Shown piece by piece: positions 50,880 through 63,626 of a stretch of DNA of 64,000 nt; positions within the stretch are counted from its first letter, which is position 1, and every line of letters starts with the position of its first letter. The notes beneath the pieces were generated by a model, which did not search any database, had not been told where the DNA came from, and saw only the letters and a program-made list of their open reading frames with translations. The stretch is from Lama glama (Eukaryota). Both the position numbers and the translations under genes were made by a program. The DNA lies in contig CM052817.1 in assembly GCA_028534125.1 (NCBI GenBank), forward strand, positions 62,808,001 to 62,872,000, read 5' to 3'.

Positions 50880-52871
50880 TAGTTTGCTCCAAAGCATTTC
50901 TAAAATCTACATTTAATCTATAATTTTAGGGGCATCATAATCCATAAATGGCATGCAGTTTGTCTCTGCAAGAACCTATGTGCTGATTTTACACTCATTG
51001 TTTTGAAGTGTCTAATCTTCCCTGCAGTTCTATTCACTCCAGTAAGAATCACCTTCATCAAGTATCAATTTCTCTTTCAGAGGCCAACATATCCTTATAA
51101 TTGCATCTCAAATTAAATTTATAGTTAAGGGATCCTCTTGTGACTGTTAATTACTAGGTTCAACAAGATGAGAAAGGGGGAGGAGAATTAAATGCGTTTA
51201 GTCCATGCTATGTATTTTATTAGCATCCTTTCATTTTAGACTCAGGGTAAACCCGGGAAGAAGGGAGTGTTATTTTCTTCATACAAGTGAAGAAAGTGAG
51301 ACTTCTACATACCAAGAAATTTGCCTCAATTCCCAGAGTTGACAAAACTTTAGGCCCTTTTTACTTCTCTGTCCTAAAGGGGGACCAGGGAATAAGGAGG
51401 GTGAGGAGAGCAGGAAAGCCATTAACCACTGCCAGGAAACAAGGATGCTATATACATACCGGTAATAACTATCTGCTTCTTCCATTAATTCACACATGTT
51501 CTCTAATGTTTTTCTTCAATATTTAATATTTTTAGTATTTTTCTTTAATATTGGCACAAGTAATATACGAGTGCCTGAGATATTAAATAACATTACAAAA
51601 GAAAGTAGAAGGAAACACTGCCCAAATTATCCCATATTCCAGAGTATATATAATTGTCCACGTATTTTTGTTGAAAAGCATGTAACATAAATGATGGAGC
51701 CATGACATCAATGTTTAATAACATGAATAGACATGATTAAAATTCACTGGGATTACAAACTGCACCATCATGACCAGGCATATCCTGCTGACTATTTTAA
51801 TTTAAGCAAATACATTTTTCAATTTGAATTAAAGTGTGTACTGCATGGAGTACAAGTGGTTCCTTTTAAGTACTTGTTAGGGCAATATGGAATAACAATA
51901 TTAAACAATAAATATAAATATTGGGAAAAGAATACTTTCAGAAATAATAGAAAGATAAAAGCAGTAAAATATAATTGGTTATTTTTTTAAGTTCACAAAA
52001 CTACATGTTTCTTTTACCCACCCCCAAAAAAGTTAAAGAAGAATATTATTTGCTGTTACATTCAAAGATCTGGAGTATGACTTGGATAGCAATAAAAGTA
52101 CTATCATTGTAATCATTTAATTTGTATAAGAGTCCCAAATATATATTTTTATTTATGAAATATTTAAGTAGTAATGGAGAAAGACCCATAAAACATATAA
52201 AAATAAGAAACTGCTGAGATTTGGAGATTAAAATAACATCTATCAAATGAGCTTTCCTACTATCACTTGGAGCTAAATTTCTTTTGTAGTAAGATGGGGA
52301 GGTGTGAATAGATTTGTCATGTACTAAGAGCAACCTCTATATATCACTAGACACTGACTCATTTCCTTGTACTCACCCCCAGGTTGTCCTCAGAACCTCC
52401 AGGGTGCGCTTCTCAGTGTGCTTGTCAGTGCCATCCAGCAACCTAGCATAAGTGGCGGAGCTACTGCCAAGAGAGGGTTCACGATTCCAGCAGACTCAGC
52501 AAGTTCTGGGGTTTCCACTAAACCATACCACTCAGGCCATACCACGCCTGTTTGGTTTGTCAAAGGTGGTAACTATCAAATGGTCTGCTTTTGATATATG
52601 TCTTATATTAGCCCTTGCTACGAACAATGGTCTTCTGTGAATTCCAACACATGTGACTCTAGTATACAGCATGGCCCTGTTGAAAGACATCAGAGGCAAA
52701 GCAATAACCCTGCCATCCATTATCATGTGATCTAAAAGGTGATTTTTGCCGTGAGGTAGAAAACAAAGACAACGATACAGTTTTTACCTACTCAGTATCA
52801 AAGAAATTGAGTTACTGATTAAAGAGAAAAAGTGTTGATACATATATATACATGAAATATTTTTCTCTTAC

Positions 52872-54075
52872 ACTTTTTATTTTCCTTCCAGCTCTATTGA
52901 GATATGATTTATCTATGATTTATTTATGACATATAGCCCTGTGTAAGTTTAAGGTATACAGCATAATGATTGGACTTTCACACATGATAAAATGATAACC
53001 ACAGTAAGTTTAGTGACTATCATCCCATATAGATACAAGATAGAAGAAAAAGGAAAAAAATATTTTTCCTTGTGATGAGAACTCTCAGGATTTACTCTTA
53101 AATATTTCCATATATAACACACAGCAGTGTTAATTATATTTATCATGTTGTATGTTACATCCCTAGTACTTAGCTATCTTATAACTGAAAATGTGTACCT
53201 TTTGGCTACCTTCATCTAATTCCCCCTAACCCCACCCCCTCTGGTTCTGGTAGCCATAAATCTGATCTCTTTTTCTATGACTTTGCTTGTATGTGAAGAA
53301 TAATTGACTTACAACACTATGTTAGTTTCTGGTGCACAACATAGTGATTCTATATGTCTATACATTACAGAATGATCACGGCAAGTTACCATCTGTCACC
53401 ATACAAAAATATTACATTATTATTATGTTCCTCACAGTGTACATTTCACCCCATGACTCATTTATTTTGGAACTGTAAGTTTTTATCTTTTAATCTCCCT
53501 CATCTATTTCTCTCCTCCCCCAACTTCTTGGGCCTCTGGATGCCACCTGTTTGTTCTCTCTAGCTATGACTCTGCTTCTGTTTTATGTTTGTTCATTTGT
53601 TTTATTTTTTACATTCCACATATAAGTGAAATCATACAGTATTTGTCCTTCTCTGTCTGACTTACTTCACTTAGCAAAATATGCTCTAGATTGATCCATG
53701 TTGTCACAAATGGCAAGATTTCATTCTTTTTTTTATGGCTGGGTAATGTTCCATGGTATGTGTGTGTGTGTATATATATATATATACCTTCTTTATCCAT
53801 TTATCTATCAATGGACAATTAGGTTGCTTCCTATCTTGGTTATTGTAAATAAAGCTGCAATGAACATAAGGGTGCATATATCTTTTTGAATTAGTGTTTA
53901 TGTTTTCTCAGATAAATACCTAGAAGTATAATTGCTGGATCATATGGTAGTCTTATTTTTAAATTTTTAAGGGACCTCCATATTGTTTTCCAAAGTGGAT
54001 ACACCAATTTACATTCTTACCAACAGTGTACAAGTGTTTGCATTTCTCCACATCCTCACCAACATTTGTTACTGG
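52872..54075 (-). mobile_element. 5'-truncated L1 with composite double 3' UTR
   Basis: Same two-UTR layout as 12890-14835; ORF 53609 (-) KNEILPFVTTWINLEHILLSEVSQTEKDKY is the ORF2 C-terminus. Confidence 0.92.
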
Positions 54076-54244
54076 TTGCTTAAGGAAAAAAAATGATGAT
54101 TTGTATATATAAAGAAGTAAATTTTATTTAAAAAATTTCATGGAAAATATAAAGAAGCATAAAAGAAAGAATAATAGGAATTAAATAAAAACATTGAATC
54201 TTAATTCATTGGCTAAAATCTATTTAGTAGAAAAGCAATCAATT

Positions 54245-54420
54245 ATTATGTTAAATATTTACTGGGTATCTACCATGTGCGATCCAGTTCTAAACACTAG
54301 ACATGTTTCATCTCATTTATCCTCAAGACACCAGAACAAAATAGGTAATATTATCACTATTTTACAGATGAATAACTGAGGCTCACAGATAACAGTAAAT
54401 TTCAGTGCTGAGGGTTCATA
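54245..54420 (-). mobile_element. MIR SINE fragment
   Basis: atttactgggtatctaccatgtgc; tctcatttatcctca; attttacagatgaataactgaggctcacaga. Confidence 0.8.
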
Positions 54421-54494
54421 GTGAGGTAATAACTAAATGGTTAATAAAGCTAATTGCCCATATTCAGATATATATTAAATCTTAATTATAATAA

Positions 54495-54715
54495 TAGGAG
54501 TTAACAAGTAGCAATGTACAGTACTTTACATGGATCACCTGGTTCAATTCTGGTAACATGGATTAGAAATTTTCATTGTTATCACTTTACATTTAACAAA
54601 AGTGAGGCTTGGAAGGGGGGTAAATAACTTTCAAAATCACTCAAATAGTAAGTGCTTAAAGGAGTACTTGGATTAAAACTACCCACTTTAATTCCAGAAC
54701 TATTTCTCTTATATA
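54495..54715 (-). mobile_element. MIR SINE (diverged)
   Basis: tactttacatggatcacct; cactttacatttaacaaaagtgaggcttgga; taaataacttt..aaaatcactcaaatagtaagt. Confidence 0.6.
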
Positions 54716-55572
54716 CTATTATATACAATTTTATATTCCCCAGTCTAAGAAGTTATGTCATACAGAATACACACAGGCACACATGAAATTAAATGTTATA
54801 CTGTCATTATTCTAACAAGAGTAATGATATGTATAGAAAACAGGAATACAAGTGTCACAGAAAAAAGTGTAATCTTTGTGCACACCCAATAGATTACTCA
54901 TCTTCTGCCTACACCAGAGAAAGATTCCAAATTTTATGTTACAATAAAAAGGACTGGCACAAGTTTCAGACCATTGACCCATGCTGCTTCAAGATTTTAG
55001 TGTGAAAAATGGAACATCAAAAATAAGACTTCTACATAAAATACATTGTCCTATAATTTGCCCCTGGATAAACATACAAGCGGGTTCTGTACAGGATAAA
55101 TATATATCATTTGAATAATTCAGAATAGCTAAGGGGATTGAAATAAATAAAAAGTAAGGTTGCAAGACATCTGAAATAGTTTATACAGTATGTTTTTTTT
55201 AAGCTGATATTGCTCATATTTATTTCTCCTTTTTTTCCTATGTAGTACTTAAGAACTTATAAAAGTGCCTAATTTTTAGCCTCTTACTTATTTATATGAG
55301 GTAATTCTGGCATATATACCACCATCGGCTCTAACAAATGTGACAGTGCAGCAAATAAAAACATGCTTCATTTATTAAGTTGCATAGTAGTGCTGTTCAG
55401 TTTGTAACCGACTTCCGAAAATAATGTTATCTTTGATGATTTGTTGCTTAGTTCTCTTCAGAGCTTGAAAAAAAAATGGGACTGTAGGTATGAGTTACAA
55501 AATATTAACGGCACTGTATGGTTTGTACTGGCCTGGGCTACTCTGTTGGACCAGGGCTTAGGAGTCACATTA

Positions 55573-56095
55573 TGTTAAAATTCAAAATGCCACTGAACCA
55601 CACTGACTCCATTTTGTCAGTTCCGTCTTAGACCTGCAGTCCTACCGACTTCCCTTTCTGCATGACTGAGCTTTAGCCTCCTCACAAGGAATGTGCCCAG
55701 GCCAGATAAGTTCCCTATCAACTTTCACCCTTGTCCTCATCTCACATGAAAACTGAAGAATGGCTTTTGCTGATGCAGATGGTTAATCGTCATGTGACCC
55801 TCGGGGAGGGTGAGGGGGAAACCCTGGTTCCAGTTGGTCTGGACACCCTTCACACTAGGTAGTCGGATTTTCTTTTTAGCTTTGGCCCCTTTTAAATCCC
55901 CCTGCAAACCTTTCAACAGAGTGGAGTGAGTGCAGCTGTGAATAACTCGGGATCTTGTCCCCTGATCCCACCTGTATGTAAGTTACCCACAAACAACTTC
56001 AGAATTGTACTTTATGGAGTTGCCTGCTTCATTTTTTGTTCTCAAAGTTCCTTCTCAGTTCAGAGGATATTATTCAATATCTCTGCCTCTCAACA
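55573..56095 (+). mobile_element. ERV1-type solo LTR
   Basis: tgtta...caaca termini; gactccattttg near the 5' end; tttaaatccc TATA-like box; ggagttgcctgcttca...ttccttctcagtt U5-like; no clean TSD. Confidence 0.65.
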
Positions 56096-56799
56096 ACCAT
56101 AAAGGCTAATTAATTCTCAGATTGCAGGCCTTGTCCCTTCAAAGCACAAAATAGACTGGCACATCTCCTAGGGACAGTAATTTTAATACTCTTCAAAATA
56201 TTTGTATATGCAAACAAATACAGATGTCTCATGAAAAAGAAGTAAAAATTCAAAAATATTTTAAAAGAATAGAGTTAAAATTTGCATGTGTAGAAAGGCC
56301 CCTAAGCTTCCCTGCCCAACCCTTGCTTTTGCCATTATAGGTACATTCTATTTCAGGTTTCTCATGAGGAAACATTCGAAAACCTCAGAATAGATACCTT
56401 GATAAAATATGAGATAGGAAGAAGTTATCTCACCACTGGTACTGACCTGGGTGACAATTTATTTCCTTCCCTGGCTAGTAAGCACTGCACACTTGTATTT
56501 AGGTCTCTGCCTTCATGTTTTTATAACAAACTTAGTCCTCAGCCAAGGCTAGTGTTTTACAATAACTTTTGCCCACTCACAGACAAGGATATGAGGTCAT
56601 ATAATGAGCTTACAAAGATATCTTATGTCTTAAGATTATAAATATACACTGATTGAATTGGAGTGAATATTTGAATATTGTTCTCATTTATTTTTCTCAT
56701 TTATCAGAAAAAGAAATGGCCAATTAGAAGCCTAGGACGTTGATCTGTATGTGTATATATATATGTGTTTTATTTTGCCCACTTTTTTTTTATAAAGAA

Positions 56800-57030
56800 G
56801 TATTTTTCAATCCATTAAAAAATCTGTAGTATCAGCTTCTTTTAAAACAGGAAGCTCTGGCAACAATTTGCCCACCTTCTGGATAGCAACAATCTGCAAT
56901 ATCCAAATAGTAAATGGTACTTCACACAGATTATTGGTTCTTTGGTTGGCCACAGTCCCCACTACTCCCTATTATTTATTGCTTTCATCCATCTTCTTTA
57001 ATTTATTTCACCTCTCTGGCATTTGAGCAT
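56800..57030 (+). mobile_element. MER102-like hAT fragment
   Basis: tctggcaaca...gcaacaatc...gccacagtccccactactccctatt...ggcatttgag. Confidence 0.6.
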
Positions 57031-58924
57031 CAAGACAATTAAAACAAGCACATACTAATTCAGCATTTTGACTACTAAGTCATCCATTAAGTGCATGATT
57101 TTGGTAAATATGACTGTACTGCTTATGAATTAAAACAGCCTAAGTATGATATATGCATCTTGTAGTAGCATTGATCTACTGCTTGCCAAATGTCAATGTA
57201 TGTACATTATTTTAAATTAATGGTAAATTTCCAGGTCAAAAAAATTAAGGGATGAAGGAAGAGAGAAACTGCTTAGAGAAATTGAAATTGATTATCTACC
57301 TCTCCTAAGTGCAAGGCCACAAGAACATTTTGGTTAGAGAGAGGATGTCAACAATTCAGCTACTTTATGAGCATAAGTGATTCAGTCTTCGATTATGGGT
57401 TGTCTATAACAAGTAAGGTTAGTCATTAACTCTACCCATAATCTCAACAATCTTGGCTTATTTTCAAAAATCACTAATAAGCATAATGATGATAATTTGA
57501 TTGAATTTAGTTTTATATTACTTTACAGAATTTATGGTCAAAATACAAATGTATTTTATCCAATTAGTAAAGCCTGATGTATTCCTCCTATAAATCTTTA
57601 ATTCTTAAATCAAGTTCAGAAAAGTTAATCATGACTATGGATGACCTAATGCTTATTAATGAGTCTAATTCATCCTTTTTAGAATTTTAGAGATGAGAAA
57701 AACAAAAAAAAGACCACAAAAATGCAATCATCAAAATGACCTGTGTTACAATTAAATGTAAGTTATCCTTAAAAGCAATTTACTCATTTACATTTTTAGT
57801 TTTTCTTTGTGAAGGTGTCCAAAAGTAGGGTTCAAAATAAGAAAACTCTTACTCTTTTGCAGTGATAAATTTTCAGATATTTTTCAATAGATATTCAAAG
57901 AAGAGAAGAAATAGATCTGTATATCTAATAGTCTATTTGTTCTGACTCATTTTATGCACATATTTCCTGAGTTTTTTCAGACAATGTCCTTCTAACTCAG
58001 AAATTCAAATGTAGATTAATTTTAATACGTATTTCTGGAAATAAAATTGCCAGTCACTAAACAATTCATTTCAATTCCTTATGGAAAATTCTATAATCAA
58101 TATTATCATGGTTATAATTTTCCACTTTCTTCTTTTTCACGCCTTGTCATAAGATCATAGAAGATAAACAGCTAATTTATTATTTTTAGTCAGCTATCCT
58201 AGTCTTCAGATTGATTCTGAACAAATCACATTGGATTCCTAATCAAGGCTCCATAAAAAATGTATTATTTTTATGAACAGAGTGGGGGATGTAATCAGAA
58301 AAAAATGATAAGAACAAAGAAATTGGAAATAGAAAATCTGGATAGAGAGAAAGAAAATTATGGCAATTTCCAGATGATAAAATTAGATACATACAAATGT
58401 AAGAAAACAATTAGAACATGGTTTCATACTATAAGAGAATGTGATTACAAGGTTATTATTACTTTTTTTTTTTACAAAAAGTAGCTTTTCCATATTACAA
58501 AAAGAAAAACATTATGAATATCAATTAACCTACCTATTAAAGCAATAAAAATATAAAATACTGAGAAACAAAGTTAGAAGAAATGAGAAAAAAACCTTAT
58601 GAAGAAAAATTTAAAAGACCAAGAGGAACATATAATCAAAAAAGATGAACAAATGGTAATATATATTCTATCATTAGCTAGGAAAATTCAATAGTAATTC
58701 AATGAAAGTCTAATTTGAAAATATAATTGCAGTAAAAAGTTATGTTTTCAACCTTACTGGAAATAGTCATGCTAATTCCAAACTTACTTTAAAAATAAAA
58801 TGAATATAATAATTTAGCATTTGTATACGCACAGGCTCAGAACTCAATGGAAAAGACAGGATAGTCTTGGCTATAACATGATGTGGTGTACAAACAAAAT
58901 ACTTTTTGCAATTTATTTAAATCT

Positions 58925-61200
58925 TAATTTACTCTTTTAAATGCCTGCTGAAGTACAGTACACATATAGAGAAGTACAGAGACTAGAAATTGTAGTTCAA
59001 TTACACTTTATAAAGTAACACAGAGCCATAATCCAGATGAAGATACAGAATATTACCATCCTCCTGGAAATGTCCACTTCATCCTCTTCCAGTTATTAGC
59101 ACCAAAAGGAACTTATTAATTTAGCTTGCTAGTAGTTAAGCTTTACATAAATGAAAACAAATTGAAAAATGAAAATCTTGTGTCTAGCTTCTTTCATTCA
59201 CCAGTAAGTGTGTGAGATTTATCACTTTGTTGCTTATAGTCATATTTTATTGTTGGTGGACATTTGTATTGTTTGAAGTTTTGGAAAAACTGACATTCAT
59301 AGCCTGTATTTAATAGGTCAGAGAGTATCTATAAGCTCAGACTTAGTAAACATTGAAAAAGTATTTTCTAAAGCAGTATACCAATTTACATTCCAACTAG
59401 TAGTGAATAAGCTTTCCATTTGCTCCTGTCGTCAACTCTTGAAATCATCTTTTTTTAAAAGTTTTTTTGAGTTTTTTCCACTGTTGTGGTAGGTCCATGG
59501 TGGCATTTAATTGTGCCATTATTCTTTATTTCCCTCATGAATACTGATGTTGGAATTCTTTACATAGGCTGTGCTATCATTTAGATGCCATCTTTGTATG
59601 GAATTAATTCAAATTTTATCTATTTTATAAGATTTGGGTTGTCTTTTTTTTCTTATTGATATTTAGAAAGTCTTTGCTTATTCTGGATACAAATTCTTTG
59701 TTGGATATGACTTACTTTCCCAGCTCTGTGGCTTGCTACTCCTTCCTCTTCATGGTTTCTTTTGATGAACAAACTTTCTAATTTTAATGGAGTTCAATTA
59801 TCAATAATTTTTTTATGATTAGTACTTTTTGCAGCCAGTTTAAAAATCTTTGCCTACTCCAAAGTCATAAAGATATCACGTTTTATTCTAGAATTACTAT
59901 TGTTTTATCATCCAAATAGTTCTAAATCCATCTGTAATTGGTTTTATGTACAGTGTGATGTAGATAGATTTATATTTTCCTATGCAGGTATAGAATTAAT
60001 CCAGCCTCATTTATTAGGAAGAGCATCCTTCCTTACCATATTGCAGAGGCATCTTTGTCTTAAATCAAGCTAATTTCTGTACTATCTATTGTATTTCATT
60101 ACTCTATTTGTCTGTTCTTGAGTAAGTACTGCACTGTTTTAATAGCCATGACTTTATTATATGTCTTGATGACAACTATATCCTCTGGTAATGTTCATTT
60201 CCTCAAGATTGTCTTCACTTTTCTTGACTATCTCATCCTTACATGAGTTAAAATCAGCTCATCAATTTACTTGCTGAGATTTTTTATTGAGATTGCATTG
60301 AATCTATAGTTTTATTCAGGGAGAAGTGACAAATACAATATAAAGTCTTCTCCATTGATTAATCTTCTTTAATTAATCACATTAATATTTTTTCTTGGTA
60401 TATAACTCTTGCACAAGTTTCTTAGTTGAATATTTTGATAATTAATATCTTTTCACATTTCCATTTCTTAATGAAAAATACAATTGACTTTGTATGTTAA
60501 TATTTAATGCAATGATTTTTTAAAAAATATGTATTTTTTTATTGAAGTATAATCAGTTTACAATGTTGTGTTAATTTCTGGTATAGAGTATAATGCTTCA
60601 GTCATACAAGAACATACATATATTCATTTTCATATTCTTTTTCACCATAAGTTACTGCAAGATATTGAATATAGTTCCCTGAAATCCAATGATCTTTTTA
60701 AAGTCACATTAAGTTTAATTGTCTCTTTCTAATATTCTTTTGAATTCCTATGTACTATATAATGTCATCTGTGAATACAGTGTTACTTCTTCCTTTTCAA
60801 TCCTTGTATCTTTTATTTCTTTTTCTTCCATCACTGAGCTCCCTCCAATGAAATATTGAATAGAAGTGGTGTTTGTAAGCTTCTCTATCTCATCCCTAGT
60901 TTCACAGTTAAATTTTATATCACCATTAAATAGGATGTTTACTGTAGATTTTGGTTGATACTCCATTGCATTAAGTAAGCTCCCTTCTATTTCTGGTCTG
61001 CTAATTATTTTTAAAATTCATGAATATTTGAATTTTGTTAAATATTTTTTTCATCATCTATTGGTCTGGTCATATAATTTTCCTCCCATATCTTGTTAAT
61101 GAGGAGAATTATACTGTTTCATTTTTAAATTCTAAACCTATATAGATTTGTAGAATAAATCGACTTTTCAAGATGTCTTTTTTTAATATGCCTGAATTCA
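58925..61200 (-). mobile_element. Ancient L1 (L1ME/L1MD-like), 3' UTR to RT region
   Basis: Old 3' UTR (gatacagaatattaccatc), then antisense ORF2; ORF 60748 (-) PKSTVNILFNG resembles the RT motif KPTANIILNG. Confidence 0.85.
60522..60682 (-). mobile_element. Young short L1 3' end nested in the ancient L1
   Basis: tttttattgaagtataatcagtttacaatgttgtg...gatattgaatatagttccctg; flanking repeat aat(g/c)caatgat(t/c)tttt. Confidence 0.88.
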
Positions 61201-63149
61201 ATTTTTCAATAATTTTTTCTTCTCTGTTTGAGTTGCCCCATTCCCCCTTTCTCCATATCTAGAATTCTAGTTATCTGAATACTAGATATTTTTCTACATA
61301 ACATATATCTCATTTTTTTCTGTGTTTTCCTTTTTTTTTCTTTCTAGACTTCAGTTTGATATTTTCTACTAAACTATCTTTTCCTTTAATCTTTAATGAT
61401 TATCTTCCTGCGGTATAGTGTGCTGCTAAAGCATATTGAATTATAATTTCAGTTATTTTATTTTTTAATTTTAGAATATTTATTTGATTTTCCTGAAGAG
61501 ATTTTTTTCTGGCAGGTAATTAACATGACCTATACTTACTGTGGGACTGAGGGAATATTTCCTTATATCCTCTTCACTGTCAAATCCAAGCAAAAGTGGA
61601 AACATTAAAAATTTCTATTTCCAATATGATTTTTCAACGATTCAATTTCCTTTTAAAGCATAAAAATCTTGTCATTCCAGAGCTTGGCGGAGATTTGCTC
61701 AAGTGAAGACACAATACCTGCTAATTAGGTTAGTTTGGGCAGCCATTTATCTTTTTCAAAGCATTCAACAATATTTGGATTAATATTTTCTCAAATGTAC
61801 TATTGAAATTCACCTTCCAGCTCACTTTGCTGAGAATTCTCTATGCAATGAATCCAGATTTTTGTATGTATTGAAAGATTTATGTGTTCTTTGTCCAGTT
61901 TGACATGCTCAAGAGAACTAACCCTTTTACAAAGTTAATCATTTTATAGCATCATCCAGATATTTTAGTTTTCATTTCCTCTCCAGATTTTTTGAAACCA
62001 GCATTCATCTGTGAATAACGCAATTTATTATAACAATGTCAAGATTTTATTTTGTAACAAGAGGCAAAGCCTCTCATGGAGCCAACCACCAATGGAATAA
62101 CATCGTGAAGAAGCCAACACAGTTTCTCCTGGACAGAACTTTCTAAATATGGAGACAAAACAATTAAATGTATCTTGGCCTTTTTTTGTTTCAGACAGAA
62201 CATTGCAGCAAGAAAACATCATTCATGAATTTCACCAACATTAACAATTTTTACAAATGCTAGAGCTTGCTACCTAATGGTGAAATCTGTATACTCATCA
62301 ATCTGGAAGAGTTGTTTTTCTATTTATTGCTCTTAAATCTCTTCAGTTTCAGGTGATACTTCATCAGTATTTCAACTTATATTGATAGAAAGTGGAGTCA
62401 TTGATTAATTAAGCTGCATCTTGACATAGCATCTTCTCACTCTAATTTTACATGTTCATTCATTAAGCTCTCACCAACCATGTGAACTTTTTCTTTTTTG
62501 GGGGGGACAATGATTCCTGCTACTAAATAACTTGGTTCTTGAAACTTTTCATTAAATGCAGTTTTTTTTTTTAAAATAAAATCTTTATTGAGTTTAAGAT
62601 TTCAAGAACTATTTCTTAGTGCTTTCCTTATTAAGCGACTGTGTTTTGTAGTTGTGTCCTTTTGATCCTGTTGCTTCACTTAGACATTATTTGCAACAAA
62701 CCTTGTATAATAGGATTAGGTAACTTGAAATGTCAGCTCCCATAAAAAATAATTAGCTTTCTTGATAAAGATAGGGATTTTTATTTGTTTGTTTTGCTGC
62801 TATAGTTTGTTTTTCACTTTGTTGCTCTGCTTCAGTTACTTTGAAATGATTTTGAAGATTGTGATTGTTTATTTCCAATCTTATTAGAGGTATCTGTAGA
62901 CGCAAGTCTAGAATCCTCTTCCATTTCACACCTCATGTTCAGAAAACACCAGATGGGATATCAAACATGTTTGTAAACAGAAACATTAATAAAACAAACA
63001 GATAATAAATAATTTAAGAAGAGAATGACCAAAGTATTAAAACTTCAGAACTCTCCCAATCTACACATCCACATTTTGCAACATTTGCAGTAATAGCAAA
63101 GTGGCAGGAGGACTCCTGACTTAACGGTGCACAGAAATTCTGTCTTTAG

Positions 63150-63325
63150 AATAAAGATAGAAGCTTTCTCTACCATGCTCCTCACCTCCTTCTGGGAGGT
63201 CACCAGAAGCACGTTTAAAGTCCACATTTCTGCTAACACTCTGTTGGAGGCAATCTAGGCTTTTTCTACGAAGTGCTTCAAATTCCTTCCATTCTTTACC
63301 ACTGTCCAACTCCAGAGTCACTCCA
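63150..63325 (-). mobile_element. MaLR internal-region fragment (MLT1-int-like)
   Basis: ORF 63121-63321 LELDSGKEWKEFE..RKSLDCLQQSVSRNVD resembles the start of the MaLR internal sequence. Confidence 0.7.
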
Positions 63326-63626
63326 GGAGCTGATACTGCAGCCCACAGGTAGAATTTCTGCTTACCAGGGAAATCTCCATTCTGCTCTTAAGGCTTTTTT
63401 ATTGATTGGATTGGTCACATGCAGATTATCAAGGATCATCACCTTTACATCAAGTTAACAGATTATAGATGTTAATCACATCCACAATATAGCATTACAG
63501 CAAAACTTCACTTGATCTTAGCCAAAAGGCCGAGAAGCAATACACGGCAAAACTTAAAATGTGTGTCTGTTTGAATAACTGGGTCCTATAGCCTAGCCAA
63601 GTTGACACATAAAACTGATCATCACA
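63325..63626 (-). mobile_element. ERVL LTR, 5' part (MLT2D-like)
   Basis: Reverse strand tgtgatgatcagttttatgtgtcaacttggctaggctata...gatgtgattaacatct...gccttaagagca...agaaattctacc...ctgcagtatcagctcctg. Confidence 0.85.
63509..63541 (-). pseudogene. RNU2: 3'-truncated (tailless) U2 snRNA retropseudogene, U2 nt 1-33
   Basis: Reverse strand ATTGCTTCTCGGCCTTTTGGCTAAGATCAAGTG matches the U2 5' end at 32/33 (one CpG transition); flanked by ac(a/g)gcaaaactt direct repeats. Confidence 0.95.

Noticed and set aside
51240..51420. Collagen-like Gly-X-Y snippets (GKPGKKG; GDQGIR) after acceptor-like sites
   Set aside because: The Gly-X-Y periodicity breaks after two triplets, exon lengths are not multiples of 9, and there are no other collagen exons in the window.
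52535..52550. ggccataccacgcctg resembling the 5S rRNA 5' region
   Set aside because: Only ~15 nt match, it is part of a local ccataccac duplication, and no A/C box or TSD follows.
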